DNA of 64,000 bases from Amoebidium appalachense. Its lineage: Eukaryota; Protista; Ichthyosporea. Below, piece after piece: positions 1-25,012 of the stretch (its first letter is position 1; each line of letters opens with the position of its first letter). The stretch spans positions 4,776,564 to 4,840,563 of the forward strand of contig CAVNZM010000004.1 in assembly GCA_963693365.1 (NCBI GenBank), in the 5' to 3' direction. The translations under genes were made by a program, and so were the position numbers. The notes under the pieces were generated by a model. That model had not been told where the DNA came from, did no database searches, and saw nothing but the letters and a program-made list of their open reading frames with translations.

Positions 1-76
1 ACTCTTTGTGTGGTTTGCACTCTGCATTGTGTTGTCCGACTCGAGAGTGTTTTCGTACTCTTACGACAAAGTCTAC
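1..76 (+). mobile_element. Intronic interspersed element, subfamily A, cut by the window edge
   Basis: ACTCTTTGTGTGGTTTGCACTCTGCATTGTGTTGTCCG matches the copies at 15245 and 15604; a C-tract follows. Confidence 0.65.
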
Positions 77-107
77 CTCTCTCCCCCCCCCCTCCTCCCC
101 CCCCCCC

Positions 108-165
<58 letters not shown>

Positions 166-366
166 ACACCACCCAACCCCCTCCTTCCCCCTGCCCCCCT
201 CCGGTTTACTGAGGCGAATGCAAATTGCCCTTTTTATTAGTTTTTCCCCATATTACCTGCCACCTCTTGTTTCAGTTTTCCTGGATCTGTGTTTGGTACC
301 AGTTAGGGCAGAAGAGGCCAAGTGTGTATGTTTGTGTGTTTGGCGGCAAGGGCGGCGGCGGCGACG

Positions 367-528
<162 letters not shown>

Positions 529-855
529 TGTGTGTGTGGTGTGTGTATGTGTGTGTGTGTGGAATTTGAGAGGCGAGAGGGTGAGAGAGAAGGGGGAGGG
601 AGGGAGAGAGGGAGGGGGGAAACGGGGGAGAGAGAGAGTGTGTGTGAGAGTGAGAGAGAGATAGAGATATATATATATATATATATATACCAGAAGGGGG
701 AGAGGGGAAAGGTCGGGGAATGAGGGGGGGGGGGGGGGGGGGGGGGGGGAGGGAGCCATTTGGTGATGCCTCAAGGGTGTCGGCACATGGCAAGCACTGG
801 TATTGCTGTTGGCATGAAAGACATACTGCCACCCTGACTGATGGGTTCGTAACAG

Positions 856-940
856 GCCGACTGATTCTGCGAGGAGCTGACCTGTGGGGCTACCGCATGG
901 GCATGGAAAAGGTAAACAGCAGCAACAACAGCCAAAGAGG

Positions 941-1030
<90 letters not shown>

Positions 1031-1647
1031 CACGCACACACAGGGAGAGGGAGAGGGAGGGAGGGAGGGGGGGGGGGCGGAAGAGAGGGAGGGAGGGAGG
1101 GAGGGAGGGAGGGGGAGGGAGGGAGGGAGGGAGGGAGGGGGAGGGGAGGAGGGTGGAGGGAGAGAGAGAGGGGGGGGGGGGGGGGGGGGGGAGAGAAGGA
1201 GAGGGAGAGAGTATGATGTGTGTGCATGCGGCGCACAGGGGAGATGGGGATGTGTGTGTGATGGGGCTGCGGGAGAGGTGGGGGAGGGAGTGGGGCAAGA
1301 AGGGGGGGGGGGGGGAGTGGTGAAGGGGTTTCGGAATGTCACCCGAGTTTCCACCCCGCTTATGCGAAAGGGAGCAGGGGGGGGGGGGGGGAGGGGGAGG
1401 AAGCGGGGGGAGGGGGGGGGGGGAGGGGAGGGAGGGTTGGGGGGAGGGTGTTTCGGAACAGCTCAGGGAATTGTGATTGATTTACTCATCACTGAACGTG
1501 TATGTGTTTTTTTTCTTTTTAGGAGGAGGTGATCATGACGCTGCCTGATGCACGGTACTCCCCGTTTGTCAAGGGCACAGAGTTCATGTTCCAGTGTCTC
1601 AAGGATGCTTTCGAGAAGGACGACCTCAAGCTGGTATGATGCTGTTA

Positions 1648-1683
<36 letters not shown>

Positions 1684-1789
1684 TACTGTGCGCATGGCTG
1701 ATGTTGCATACTTGAATGTTTGCCTTTGCATGTGTCCTGCACCATGCTTCTCGTCGTGTATGCGTACTTAGTACCGTGTTCCGCATTCA

Positions 1790-1830
<41 letters not shown>

Positions 1831-2448
1831 AGAATGGGCTCTGGTTATTATGCATACTCGTTATGTGTGGTTTGCACACTGCATTGTAGTATTCCGGTGT
1901 GACAGTGTACTTCGTACTCTATGGCGCAGTTCAATTCCTCCCCCCTCCCCTCCTCCCCTCCCCCTCCCCCCCTACACATACACACACATGAATCCCCCCG
2001 CGGGAGAGGATGGATAAGCTCTGCTTGTGATTCATGCTCTTTGTGTGTGCTCTTTTTGCATTTGTTGCCCTTGTGTTGTCCGTCGTGAATGTGTACTTCT
2101 CACTCTGTCAGCCGAACAGCAGGGCCTTGGGAGGAGAGGGAAGAAGGGGGGGAAGGGGGGGAGGGGGGGGAGGGTGGCATGGAGGGGGGTTTTTTTTTTA
2201 GGGGATAAGGCGGGTGTGGGGGGGGGGGGGGGGTGGGGGGAGATAATGGCAAAACTGGAAAATGGGGTCAGGCAATGCCGAACACGTTTTCAGAGAACTA
2301 GCAAAATAAGTTTGGAAAGATGTCGAATGGGAATAGCAAGCATTGCATTCTTGATTTCTTCTTTGATCACATTTCGTTTTCGCCTTTTTTTTTGTGTGTG
2401 TATGTGTTTTCGTGCGATTGTGTGTGTGGAAATGATGGTGTGGTGTGT

Positions 2449-2506
<58 letters not shown>

Positions 2507-2921
2507 GAGACGGGACGGAGAGAATGAAAAGGACGTAAAGTTGAGCGCATACATGTGTGTGTGGAGGTGGTCGTTTGTGTGTGTGTGTTTGGGCGGGGGG
2601 GGGGGGAGGGGGCGGGATGGAAACAGAGGGATGGATTCGGAAAGAGCGGGGATGGTTGTGGTGGTGGTGGTGTGCGTATATGTGCGCGGGGGGAGGGGGG
2701 GGGGGGGGGGGGGGAGGAGGGAGGGGGTGGGGGGGTTGGGGTTGGGGGGGGCACGGCTAACTGGTTATGTTTTCTCATTCAAGATGGCGGATGCGGCGAC
2801 GTTTGAGGACGGGCTGCACACACAGTTGGTGATGGACGGGGTTAGAAAGAGTAGCACAACGGGCAAGTGGGTGCACATCAAGATGCCAGAGTCAAATGGG
2901 CCGCCAATGCAGAAACGATGA
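856..2921 (+). CDS. Gfo/Idh/MocA-family oxidoreductase (GFOD1/2-like), last three exons; 5' part upstream or unresolved
   Basis: Phase-consistent GT-AG exons 856-911, 1523-1633 and 2784-2921 give (G)RLILRGADLWGYRMGMEK-EEVIMTLPDARYSPFVKGTEFMFQCLKDAFEKDDLKL-MADAATFEDGLHTQLVMDGVRKSSTTGKWVHIK...stop. GRLxxRGADL and AATFEDG...DxVRKSSxTGxW resemble GFOD-type C-termini. A CTAAC branch point precedes the last acceptor. Confidence 0.75.
1684..2106 (+). mobile_element. Three consecutive intronic element copies (1684-1791 subfamily B, 1830-1936 subfamily A, about 2004-2106 diverged A) separated by C-rich tracts
   Basis: 1684-1791 is nearly identical to 9578-9669 apart from an indel. 1830 begins GAGAATGGGCTCTGGTTATTATGCATACTC. 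Confidence 0.75.
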
Positions 2922-4446
2922 CACTTGAGTCTCTCTCAGCAAGAAATGGCTGCGTCTCACAAATCTCCGAGGTATATAAATGGTGTTTGTTTGTTTGTTT
3001 GGACTGCTTGGGGTGAGGGTGGTTAGTTTTTGTTGGTGAGAGAGGGTGATTTTGGTGATGGTTGGTGGTGATGGCGCTGTACAAGCGCACAAAGCAAACA
3101 TGCATTCACACTGAGTGGTTACAGGTATATAATGCATCATTCGCAAATAAACAAGCGTGCATGTTGTTAGAGGGTTTGGTTCCGAGCGCGAAAGAAATGG
3201 GTAATAAGTCAAAGTCTAGAGCTGGATTGGGGGGTAAGATGAGCTTTAATTATTTTTGCTGGAAATTTTGGCTTTGCGATACACCTGCAGCTGCAATTTT
3301 TGTGTTTTTGTGTTTTTGTAGATGTCTTTTAAGCCGCGGTCTCCAGCAAGAGCGAATCAATGACTTGAATATTCGCATGTATGCAACTTAGAGCTCTCAT
3401 GTACTTGACGGTTTGTCCTATGGGAATCGTCATGTAACATAGGCAATTACATAAACACCCATGCATGAGATTCCTTGGTTATATGTAACAGTATCAGGTG
3501 GATCGGTTTCTTCCGGTAATGTTTTAATGGCGTTTGGGTAGGAAATGTTAGTACGGGTCAAGCACTGTGAAGCACTAATAGGCCAATCAATACTTCTTGT
3601 TCTACGTTACATACTACACATTTTAAAATGCTGGCTCAGTTCTTGGTGTTCCCTGCTGATATTTAGTCTAAATTTATTTAGTTCTACCAGGTAATTGAAA
3701 GTAGTGATTGTAAATGCAAAAGAGTTCCGAGAAGCTTATGCAATGTATCTGCAGCTGTATCTCAAATGTTGAAGGTACAGTGGGCCGGGCCCTCGAGCAT
3801 ATAAATACACATCTCTCAAATTGATACATTTGCATATTGATATCGATGATACCCTACCCGACCGCCCTGCACGACAGTATAGGGAGATTACTAAAGTCCC
3901 CCTACAGTCGCCTTATATATGGCAGATCTATTAATGAAATTGTCTAGTTCACGTACTCTCGTCGTATTCAATTGGGACCTGATCCGAGGTGTATGAAAAA
4001 GCGACAGGCTGGTGACTGGTGTCTGGCTGTGTGAATTGATTGGTTACAATGGAAACTCTGCAGCTGGCGAGTTGGTGACTTGATTACACATGGCAACACT
4101 AGGACAGGTGGTGCAGCTGTGTTTATGCACACACTCTTAGACTGTTGTTTTGGGATATGTACTCAGATGCTGTTTGTTTATCTCGACTATGTCTGTCCAT
4201 AAATTTTTTAAGATCTTACAGTATAGGCCTTATCTTGAATTGGCCGCAGCCGGTGATATACATACGCATGTATGGCCATAAAAGGATACCATGCCACATA
4301 TGGCAAAAACCAAATTGATATTTATGCACCTTTTTTTTCAGTTTTTTTTTGTGTGATGTTGTTATGGACCCTGCCGGCGAGGGCCGGGACGTCGACGGGG
4401 AGCGAGGGGTGGGTGGGTGGGTGGTGGTGGTGGTGGTGGTGGTGGA

Positions 4447-4485
<39 letters not shown>

Positions 4486-4752
4486 TTCATCAAATTGTTA
4501 TAATCCATTGCCGCAAGCACGTTCCATGAACGGAGTGCACATAGGGCTTCATGAAGAGGCAGTGTGTGTGTGTGTGTGACAGTGTGTTCATGTGTGCCCA
4601 CGCATGCGTCCTTGGGTGCATGCGTGCGTGCGTACGCGTGTGCCGTCACGGTGGGTGTGTGCGTGCGTGTGTGCAGGCATGTGTGTGTGCGTACGTGCGT
4701 GCGTGCGACGCCGTGCATGCGTGCGTGCGTACGCCGTGTACATGTGTGTGCA

Positions 4753-4791
<39 letters not shown>

Positions 4792-4858
4792 ATGCCACGA
4801 TACGTGTGTGTATGTCTGTGTGTGTGTTCCCCACCCTCCCCCCCCCTCCCCTGCCCCC

Positions 4859-4892
<34 letters not shown>

Positions 4893-5090
4893 TGACCCGG
4901 GGTACGTGTGTGTATGTGTGTGTATGTGTGTGTGTGTGGGGGGGGGGGGGGGGGGGGAGGGGGCAAAACCTATAGAATGAGCAAAAGCTCAAAGGCCGAC
5001 TGGATACAGGGAGTTGAAGTGCCACTGAGTGTAAGAGGCACCACAAAAGAAAGAAAAGAGGGACTATGGTTAACAGGAAAAAAAAAAGCG

Positions 5091-5100
5091 AAAAAAAAAA
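5091..5100 (-). terminator. RNA polymerase III oligo-T terminator of tRNA-Pro
   Basis: Run of 10 T on the minus strand starting 2 nt after the tRNA 3' end. Confidence 0.8.
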
Positions 5101-5101
5101 T

Positions 5102-5173
5102 GGGGGCAACCGAGGATTGAACTCGGGACCTCCTGTACCCGAAACAGGAATCATACCACTAGACCATTGCCCC
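5102..5173 (-). tRNA. tRNA-Pro(CGG): tRNA-Pro, anticodon CGG
   Basis: Minus strand reads GGGGCAATGGTCTAGTGGTATGATTCCTGTTTCGGGTACAGGAGGTCCCGAGTTCAATCCTCGGTTGCCCCC. It has a 7-bp acceptor stem GGGGCAA/TTGCCCC, anticodon arm CCTGT-TTCGGGT-ACAGG and a GTTCAAT T-loop; 72 nt, no intron. Confidence 0.96.
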
Positions 5174-5273
5174 GATGACGACATATGGGGGAAAAACGGC
5201 ATATGATCGCTCAACAGAGCATGTGTACATGTGGCCAAAACATGTTATTTGCACGTACGCGCGTGCTGTCACC

Positions 5274-5509
5274 TACTGAGGTGACTCGTATTTTTCCTTA
5301 CAAACACAGCGAACACTGGACTCTCGGGACCGTAGAGCCGCCGCGAGAGAAAGCATGCACGCGGTGGCGAGAGTGTAAGGAAAAATAGATACTGAGGTGA
5401 CTCGTATTTTTCCTTACACACACAGCGAACACTGGACTCTCGGGACCGTAGAGCCGCCGCGAGAGAAAGCATGCACGCGGTGGCGAGAGTGTAAGGAAAA
5501 ATACTGAGG
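5274..5509. repeat. Tandem duplication of a 116-bp unit, each unit bounded by inverted repeats (MITE-like or hairpin-forming)
   Basis: Units start at 5274 and 5390 and are nearly identical. Each has TATTTTTCCTTACA...TGTAAGGAAAAATA (5289-5387 and 5405-5503). Confidence 0.85.
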
Positions 5510-5670
5510 CGAACGGCAAGTTCAAAGCAGCCCAGGCACCGTCAGTACGTGCCAGACGCGCGTGCACATGTCAGCCTACTCCTGGCAAGTCAGCCTCATA
5601 ACCTCACACACACGCAACAAGCACTAGTGTAGGATAAAATCTAACAAATTCTTTGTGCAAGTAGCGCCTG

Positions 5671-6609
5671 ATGTGCAGCGGACTTTTCTCCACCATGACG
5701 GCCGATCCTCTCCAGCATCAGCCCTCGGTAGCAATCGACATGCGCTCACGGCTTGTTGCTATTGACATGTTTAGTGGCACGTTCGCTGGCGCAGTTAACG
5801 TTTTGTTCGGCCATCCTTTCGACTCTCTGAAAGTGCGCGCTCAGCTCAAGAGCAGAAAACAGGGCCTTCAACACGAGCAAAAGAGATTCAATGTTCGTGG
5901 CCTCTACAGGGGGGTTCTCCCTACCCTCCTCACGTCAGGGTTGATCAACTCCGCGTCGTTTGCGATGTACGAAATGGTCAAGAGAGGGGTTTCCAAAGAC
6001 GGAGAAGAGGAGACTGCCAACATCGTGTTGATTGCTGGACTGACCAGCGGGGCTGCCATGTCAGTTGTGCAGACACCCGTCAACAGAGTGAAAATTCAGC
6101 TGCAGACAACCACAAGCACGCAGTTCGCAAACGGGCCAAAAGGGCTCTACGATTGTGTGAGGGCTCTCGTGGCGCAGGAGGGAGTTTATGGTGGCTTGTA
6201 TAGAACCATTGGTCCCAATTTTTTCACGAGCACGTTTGGAAGAGGCCTGTACCTGTATTTTTATCATGTTTTAAAGAAGGGGCTGACAGGGCATGCAGAG
6301 ATGCACGGAGGTGAGTTTGTCTATGTTAGCTTGGTTGCTGGCACATGTTCACGAGCTCTTTCCTCCTTTCTCATCTACCCGTTTGATGTCATAAAAACGC
6401 GCTTGTCAGCACAAACCGTAGGTAAAGCAGTGGTATACTCTGGGATGTTTGACTGTGCACAGCAATCCCTCAAGTCTGATGGTTGGAGGGTGTTTTTCAG
6501 GGGGGTAGGCATAGTTTTAGTTAGGGGTCTACCGGGAGGGGCAGTGATGCTTCCAGCCTACGATTTTTGTCATGGCTTGTTGTGTGCTTTGCTGCTCCCC
6601 ACAAGCTGA
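5671..6609 (+). CDS. Mitochondrial carrier (SLC25 family), intronless, most like carnitine/ornithine/basic amino acid carriers
   Basis: 312-aa ORF with three carrier repeats: HPFDSLKVRAQ, TPVNRVKIQLQ and YPFDVIKTRLS, followed by GLYRG, GLYRT and VFFRG. The start could be Met1, Met9 or Met24. Confidence 0.93.
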   Translation: MCSGLFSTMTADPLQHQPSVAIDMRSRLVAIDMFSGTFAGAVNVLFGHPFDSLKVRAQLKSRKQGLQHEQKRFNVRGLYRGVLPTLLTSGLINSASFAMYEMVKRGVSKDGEEETANIVLIAGLTSGAAMSVVQTPVNRVKIQLQTTTSTQFANGPKGLYDCVRALVAQEGVYGGLYRTIGPNFFTSTFGRGLYLYFYHVLKKGLTGHAEMHGGEFVYVSLVAGTCSRALSSFLIYPFDVIKTRLSAQTVGKAVVYSGMFDCAQQSLKSDGWRVFFRGVGIVLVRGLPGGAVMLPAYDFCHGLLCALLLPTS

Positions 6610-7963
6610 CCGCAGGCACGGTCTGTGACCGTAGAGAGCTGACATTATAAGGCTGCATGTGCTGTATAACTTGGGATTGACTGGGATGTCGTCGAGCCTC
6701 CGTGCACACTTGTGTTTTGAGTTCTCTGACGGGGATTCTGATTGAACGGTGCTTAGTATTAAAGTGTCCTGTAACCCTCCCCCTCCTCCCCCCCCCCTCC
6801 CCCCTCCCCCTCTCCCCCCCTCCCTCCCCGCAGGTTCCCAAACAGACACGCACACACACACACCGTTTAAGCCGCCCCTTCCAATTTGTGCACCCTATGC
6901 TATGCACGCCCAAAATAAATTCTCCCTGCAGCACCCCCGTGCATATCAGGTCCCATCTCTCCCCCCTTCCCCGCCATGTTCACTCTCTATCCCGGCCCGG
7001 CAACACCGCACACCACAGAAACGTGAGATTCCAACGGCTACAAATTTAGTTCCATAAATGGTTACCAGTGCCGGCTAGTGATTTGGCTAAAACGTGACGA
7101 TGCCTAATACACCAATCAGAAGACGACGATCCAAACATGATAACCGGTGCATTTTCTCGTTCGCTTTTCTTGGGACCTTTCGTTTTTTTATTATCTCAGT
7201 TTTCACAAGGCCAGCTACGGCGGTTGTCATGTCATAGGTTTTGCATAGATATATAGCTTTGTTTCTTGCTTCATTTGCAACTTGGGTTCCGTTGCTTGTT
7301 AGAATAATTGTACATACCCAGTCTGTTAGCGTTGGTGGCTTGCCCACTTTCGTAGTGTAGTCAAAAATCAAGCGAGGTTGAGAAAGGGACTCAGATACAG
7401 CCAGTTCCCTGAGAGTTGTTCTCATTTAAAAGCTTCATTCCCAAGGGTATGTGTATTTACCCTTTTTCCAGCTGGTTTTGAAGGTTTTTGTCAGCTGTTG
7501 GGGAGATCTACCCTTTGTGGGGATCGGTCTGGTTCATAGCCCCGTGCCAGCTTGTGCCCCACAACAAGCTACCTCTGTGCTAATTTCTGGATGCTTGTAT
7601 TGATAATACACGTTGGTCCAAACAGGAAATATTCTCAATGTATTTTTTTGTTTGCGCTTCTGGTAGCTTCCCCCCCCCCCCCCTCCCCCCCCCCCCCCCC
7701 CCTCCCTCCCCCTTTCCCCCCCCCCCCCCCCCCCCACACACACACCCCCAACACGCACAGACACACACTCACTTTACCGAGGAACCACAGTGTGCATCCA
7801 AGCACTTACCCACTTACCAACCCACCACCCACCCGCTCTCTTTTAGATTCTTGGTGCTTGACGGATCTCTTCCTGTCCCAAGGAAGTGGAGTGGTTTCAC
7901 GCATTAACGGGCTACTAAGGTTGTGTTACTGAGAGGGGCCAACAGGGGCAGAATAACGTCAAC

Positions 7964-20516
<12,553 letters not shown>

Positions 20517-21415
20517 GGTGCAACCAGCAACGGAGTTCAGCCTAATGTATTCGGCATTTTTTTGTTTTAACTTTTGTTGTCTGGTTTAAACAACTGCTTA
20601 TTCACGTGTTTTTTTCCACTTGCAAGAAAACGTGTACCTATTTCACTGTTAACTAAGTGGTTCATTTTTCTATGATGAATTTTCAATGACAAGGGTCTAT
20701 ATAGGGCAAGGATGCATGTGTTTAAAGTTTATTTAAATCGGCGATTCAGTGGGCATGTTTTTGCTTTTGATTCTTCCCAGATACATTGTTTCTTCTGTAT
20801 TAGCAATACACTCGTGGTCTGCATAACAATGTACGCACCAAGATACGCTCTATTGTGACACACACGTGTTGATGTTTGTGGGTTATGAATTCCACTTTTC
20901 CATATTCGAATAAAGTTACCAGCTGATATTGCCATGTGCATGCCTCATAGGCGATTTCCATACATGGGTTATGTCGATCCGATGGGAACTGCAACCTCCA
21001 CGTTTCTGCTTGCATATACAATCATGCACAAGATATAAGCGTTTGGGGAGGGGGAAAAAAAAAACAAGAAAAAAAACGGGTCGGAATGCCGGAATATGCA
21101 TGTGGCCCAATGTTTCAACTTTTCTCGTCAGTGTACTACACATGCCACATGTATGCCCCTTGCCCAACAAAAAAATCGGTGACGGGGCTATATTAGTCAA
21201 TTCTTGTTCTAGAGAAGAGCTCTCTCACTATTTTTGCACCAACCACACTCTTTCACAATGTGCGAGCACTCGTGCACATACGCTCGTGCACATGCGCATG
21301 TACGGTGCGTACGGTGCTTTTTCCATACCTACATTCAATGACATGCCTTACTGGACCTACATGTAAATTAACTCACCTCCCTCTTCCCCCCCACCCCCCC
21401 CACCCCCCTCGGCGT

Positions 21416-21473
<58 letters not shown>

Positions 21474-21919
21474 AACCTGCTTTTCCAAATACAATAGAAC
21501 CCCTTGATTCCTCGAATCCGCCCAGCTGGTCAGGTACGGTAATTTCTCGAGTACCCGATAGTGTTTCGGACACCCACACCCAGGCGTCACAATATTCCTA
21601 CTTTTTTATTGCAATTTATGATTCACAAGTTACAAACGTATCGACGACAAACATCTTTATTAAAGGCCTTCCATTACATACCGGCGGACTCTTGAATTGG
21701 GCTTCAATATAATGATGATATCAGTTTCATGCGTAATTGGACTACACAACTATTTACCCGTGAACCAAACCTCGGACAAGGAAAAGGAAGAGAATTTCCA
21801 AAAGCAAAAAACCTACGTATAAAACATTCGTACGTACAGGCACATGTACATATGTAAAAAGCCGGAATATGGCTGTACAATGAAACAACTCCATGTAACA
21901 ATTGCTCCTAGCCAAAGCC

Positions 21920-21965
<46 letters not shown>

Positions 21966-22284
21966 ACACACACACACGCCCACCACCACCACCACCACCA
22001 AAAAAAAAAAAAAAAACCAAACCCGCCCCACACGCGTGCACACACGCACAGACACAAAACCCCTCTCTTGCTCTCCCGATAGTCTGGCTTAGGTTTTCCC
22101 CCCAGACCCCAGCGCTCTCTCCTCCAACCTAACCAACGATCACGTCTTCCACCCTAAGGCTTCTCTTACCCTTTTTCTGCCGACCGACATATGCAAGGGG
22201 CATGATATGACCTGACACCGCCTATCCTACCCACCGGTCTACCAAGACACCCGTATAAAAACATCACCCGACCCACACGGGCTC

Positions 22285-22338
<54 letters not shown>

Positions 22339-22596
22339 TTATTTTAAGATAAAAATTAGCTGCCACATGAAAAACAGCTTGCTATACCACGAACAACACT
22401 TGCACGAAGTTCGTAGTATTTTTTTTTAGCGGCGCGAAATTAAATCCCTCATTCCATGCTGTAGGGTTAAAACACGCAGATCATCCCACGTACCCCAATC
22501 AATACACCACAAAAGAAGAACAACCCGTTCCTGTTTTGCACGGTGCGTCGGTGGCAACCAAACAGATGAAAGGATGTGACGTCACAGGCCATAGTC

Positions 22597-22909
22597 TCAC
22601 ACTGGGTTGAGGCACTTGTAGTCGTACAGCTGCAGTGTGCGTGATGATGTTCGTGTTTGTGCGTGTGTGTGCGTGTGCGTGTGTGTGTGCGTGTGCGTGC
22701 GCGTGTGCGTGGGAGCAGGCGAAGGTTTAACGTGCATGCATATGTGCAGATATTCGTGTGGATGTACATGGGTGTGTCACGGTGTGTGTGCGTACATGTG
22801 GTGTGTATGTGTAGCAGTTGAGTAAGAAAAAGAATGTAAGTACAAATGGGTATGAATTCTTTTCTTTCTTTCTTTTCCTTTTCTTTTCTTTTTTTCTTTT
22901 TGATTAAGT

Positions 22910-22962
<53 letters not shown>

Positions 22963-23112
22963 TGACCATTCACCCAGCAATCTTGCGTGAAAGTCACGCA
23001 AGGCAGCCACAAGGCCAAAAATTAGTACTAGCATTAGTACTAGTATCGTATGCAGTGTGAGCTCACAACTGCACCCATTGCCTGCAGTAGGTGTCCTAGG
23101 TGTGTTGGGCAC

Positions 23113-23194
<82 letters not shown>

Positions 23195-23359
23195 GTAGGT
23201 ATGTGCTTGCCAGCATGTGTGTACTTTGCAGCTGCGCGTACACGTGTCCTGGTGTGCATGTGTGTGTAGGCGCAAGCTCATGCGCAAGTGTGTGCGTGCA
23301 CTGAGGTGTCTAGAGGTTGCATGGCAGGGAAGAAGCAACACCCCCGGGGGAGGGGGGGG

Positions 23360-23406
<47 letters not shown>

Positions 23407-23862
23407 GGGGGGGGGGGGGAGGAGAAGGGGAGGAGGCAGGGGGAGGAGGGGGGGGGGGGGGAGGCGCAAAATATTTGTACCTGCTCCATAACCAGGGTGG
23501 ATAGGCCCAGGTTGCCAATTGCATCATCTTCATTCAGGGGGGCAGGGGTGGTGTTGATGGTGTGTGTGGCCTGAGGGGGGAGAGGCAGATATTGACTGTG
23601 AGCAAAACAATGCCTTAACACTGCCCCCCCCCCCCCCCCGCCGCCGCCGCCGCCGCCGCTGCCACCACCCCAAACACACACACACACACATTCTACTGCA
23701 ACCACACCACAGGGGCCCACAAGCATACATACATGCAAACGCACACACATACACATACACACATGCGCGGGCACACACGCAGGCACACACACAAGCACGC
23801 ATGCGCACGAACACCCACACACATCTAAACCATCCACCCACCCATACATGCACACCAGCACC

Positions 23863-23893
<31 letters not shown>

Positions 23894-24084
23894 AAACACA
23901 CACACAAACACAAACACACACACCCACACACACCCACCCACCCACACACACCGCTTCCCCTTTTTCCACCACTCTATGTGCGTGTGCAAACCCGAATTAT
24001 TCTAGAGTGGCGGTGGCATCGAGAGTAATTCCCACCTTCCCCTCCCCCCCCCCCCCCCCCAGGTCCCCCCTCATTCCCTCCCTC

Positions 24085-24115
<31 letters not shown>

Positions 24116-24798
24116 AAAAAAAGGCCCCTCCTCTCTTCTTTCCTTTCCCTTTCTTCCGTACTTCCTGTTGTCTATACACATGTATTTAGCACGATGTGTT
24201 GGTGTGCACTTCAATGCATGCATAGGCCTGCACCTGTGCCCGTGTATTAAGTGTGTACGTGATGTGCCTGTGTGTACGTGTGACTATATATGTGTACGTG
24301 TGACTATATATGTGTACGTGTGACTATATATGTGTACGTGTGACTATATATGTGTACGTGTGACTATATATGTGTACGTGTGTATGTGTGTCGGTATCAT
24401 CTGCGTACGTTTGTCCATGTGCCTAAGATCCCACAAATTTACCTCGTGGATTGATGCCCCATCCATCAGTAATTCCGCATTTATAAACCCCCGCCTGGGT
24501 GCCCGTGGGTGGCCGAAACCATGGGGCCGAGGATAGCCGGGCTGGTTGGTTGGGGGACCACCCTGCATTTATGGGGTTTTAGAAAGATATTTCCAGAGAA
24601 TTTCAAGCGTATAACCCCCCCATGGCACAAGATATAACCCCGTTTGTGATTTAATTAGTGGTTGCACCAAGGTCTGAATTGCGGCATCCAGTTGAGGGTG
24701 GTTGGTTCTCTTGTAACTCATTTCCCGGGTGCATTACAGCTCCGCGTTGCAGATGGCATGCTCCACCCCCCCCCCCCCCCGTTCTCTCCCCCCCCCCC

Positions 24799-24829
<31 letters not shown>

Positions 24830-24981
24830 ACACACACATACACACATACACACGCACACCAAAAGGTTCGGGCACACCCGGAGCCTATCCCACCATCGGC
24901 TATGCAGGCCAATATGCAAATCAGCTACCTCAAAACTAGGATCTCTGCTCTCTCAGTAACATCTCCCTCTCCCCCCCTCCC

Positions 24982-25012
<31 letters not shown>

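Noticed and set aside
270-365. Upstream GFOD exon
   Set aside because: No acceptor/donor pair with the right phase and a convincing peptide could be fixed.
5274-5509. CRISPR-like repeat-spacer array
   Set aside because: Only two units, identical interiors, eukaryotic context and no cas genes.
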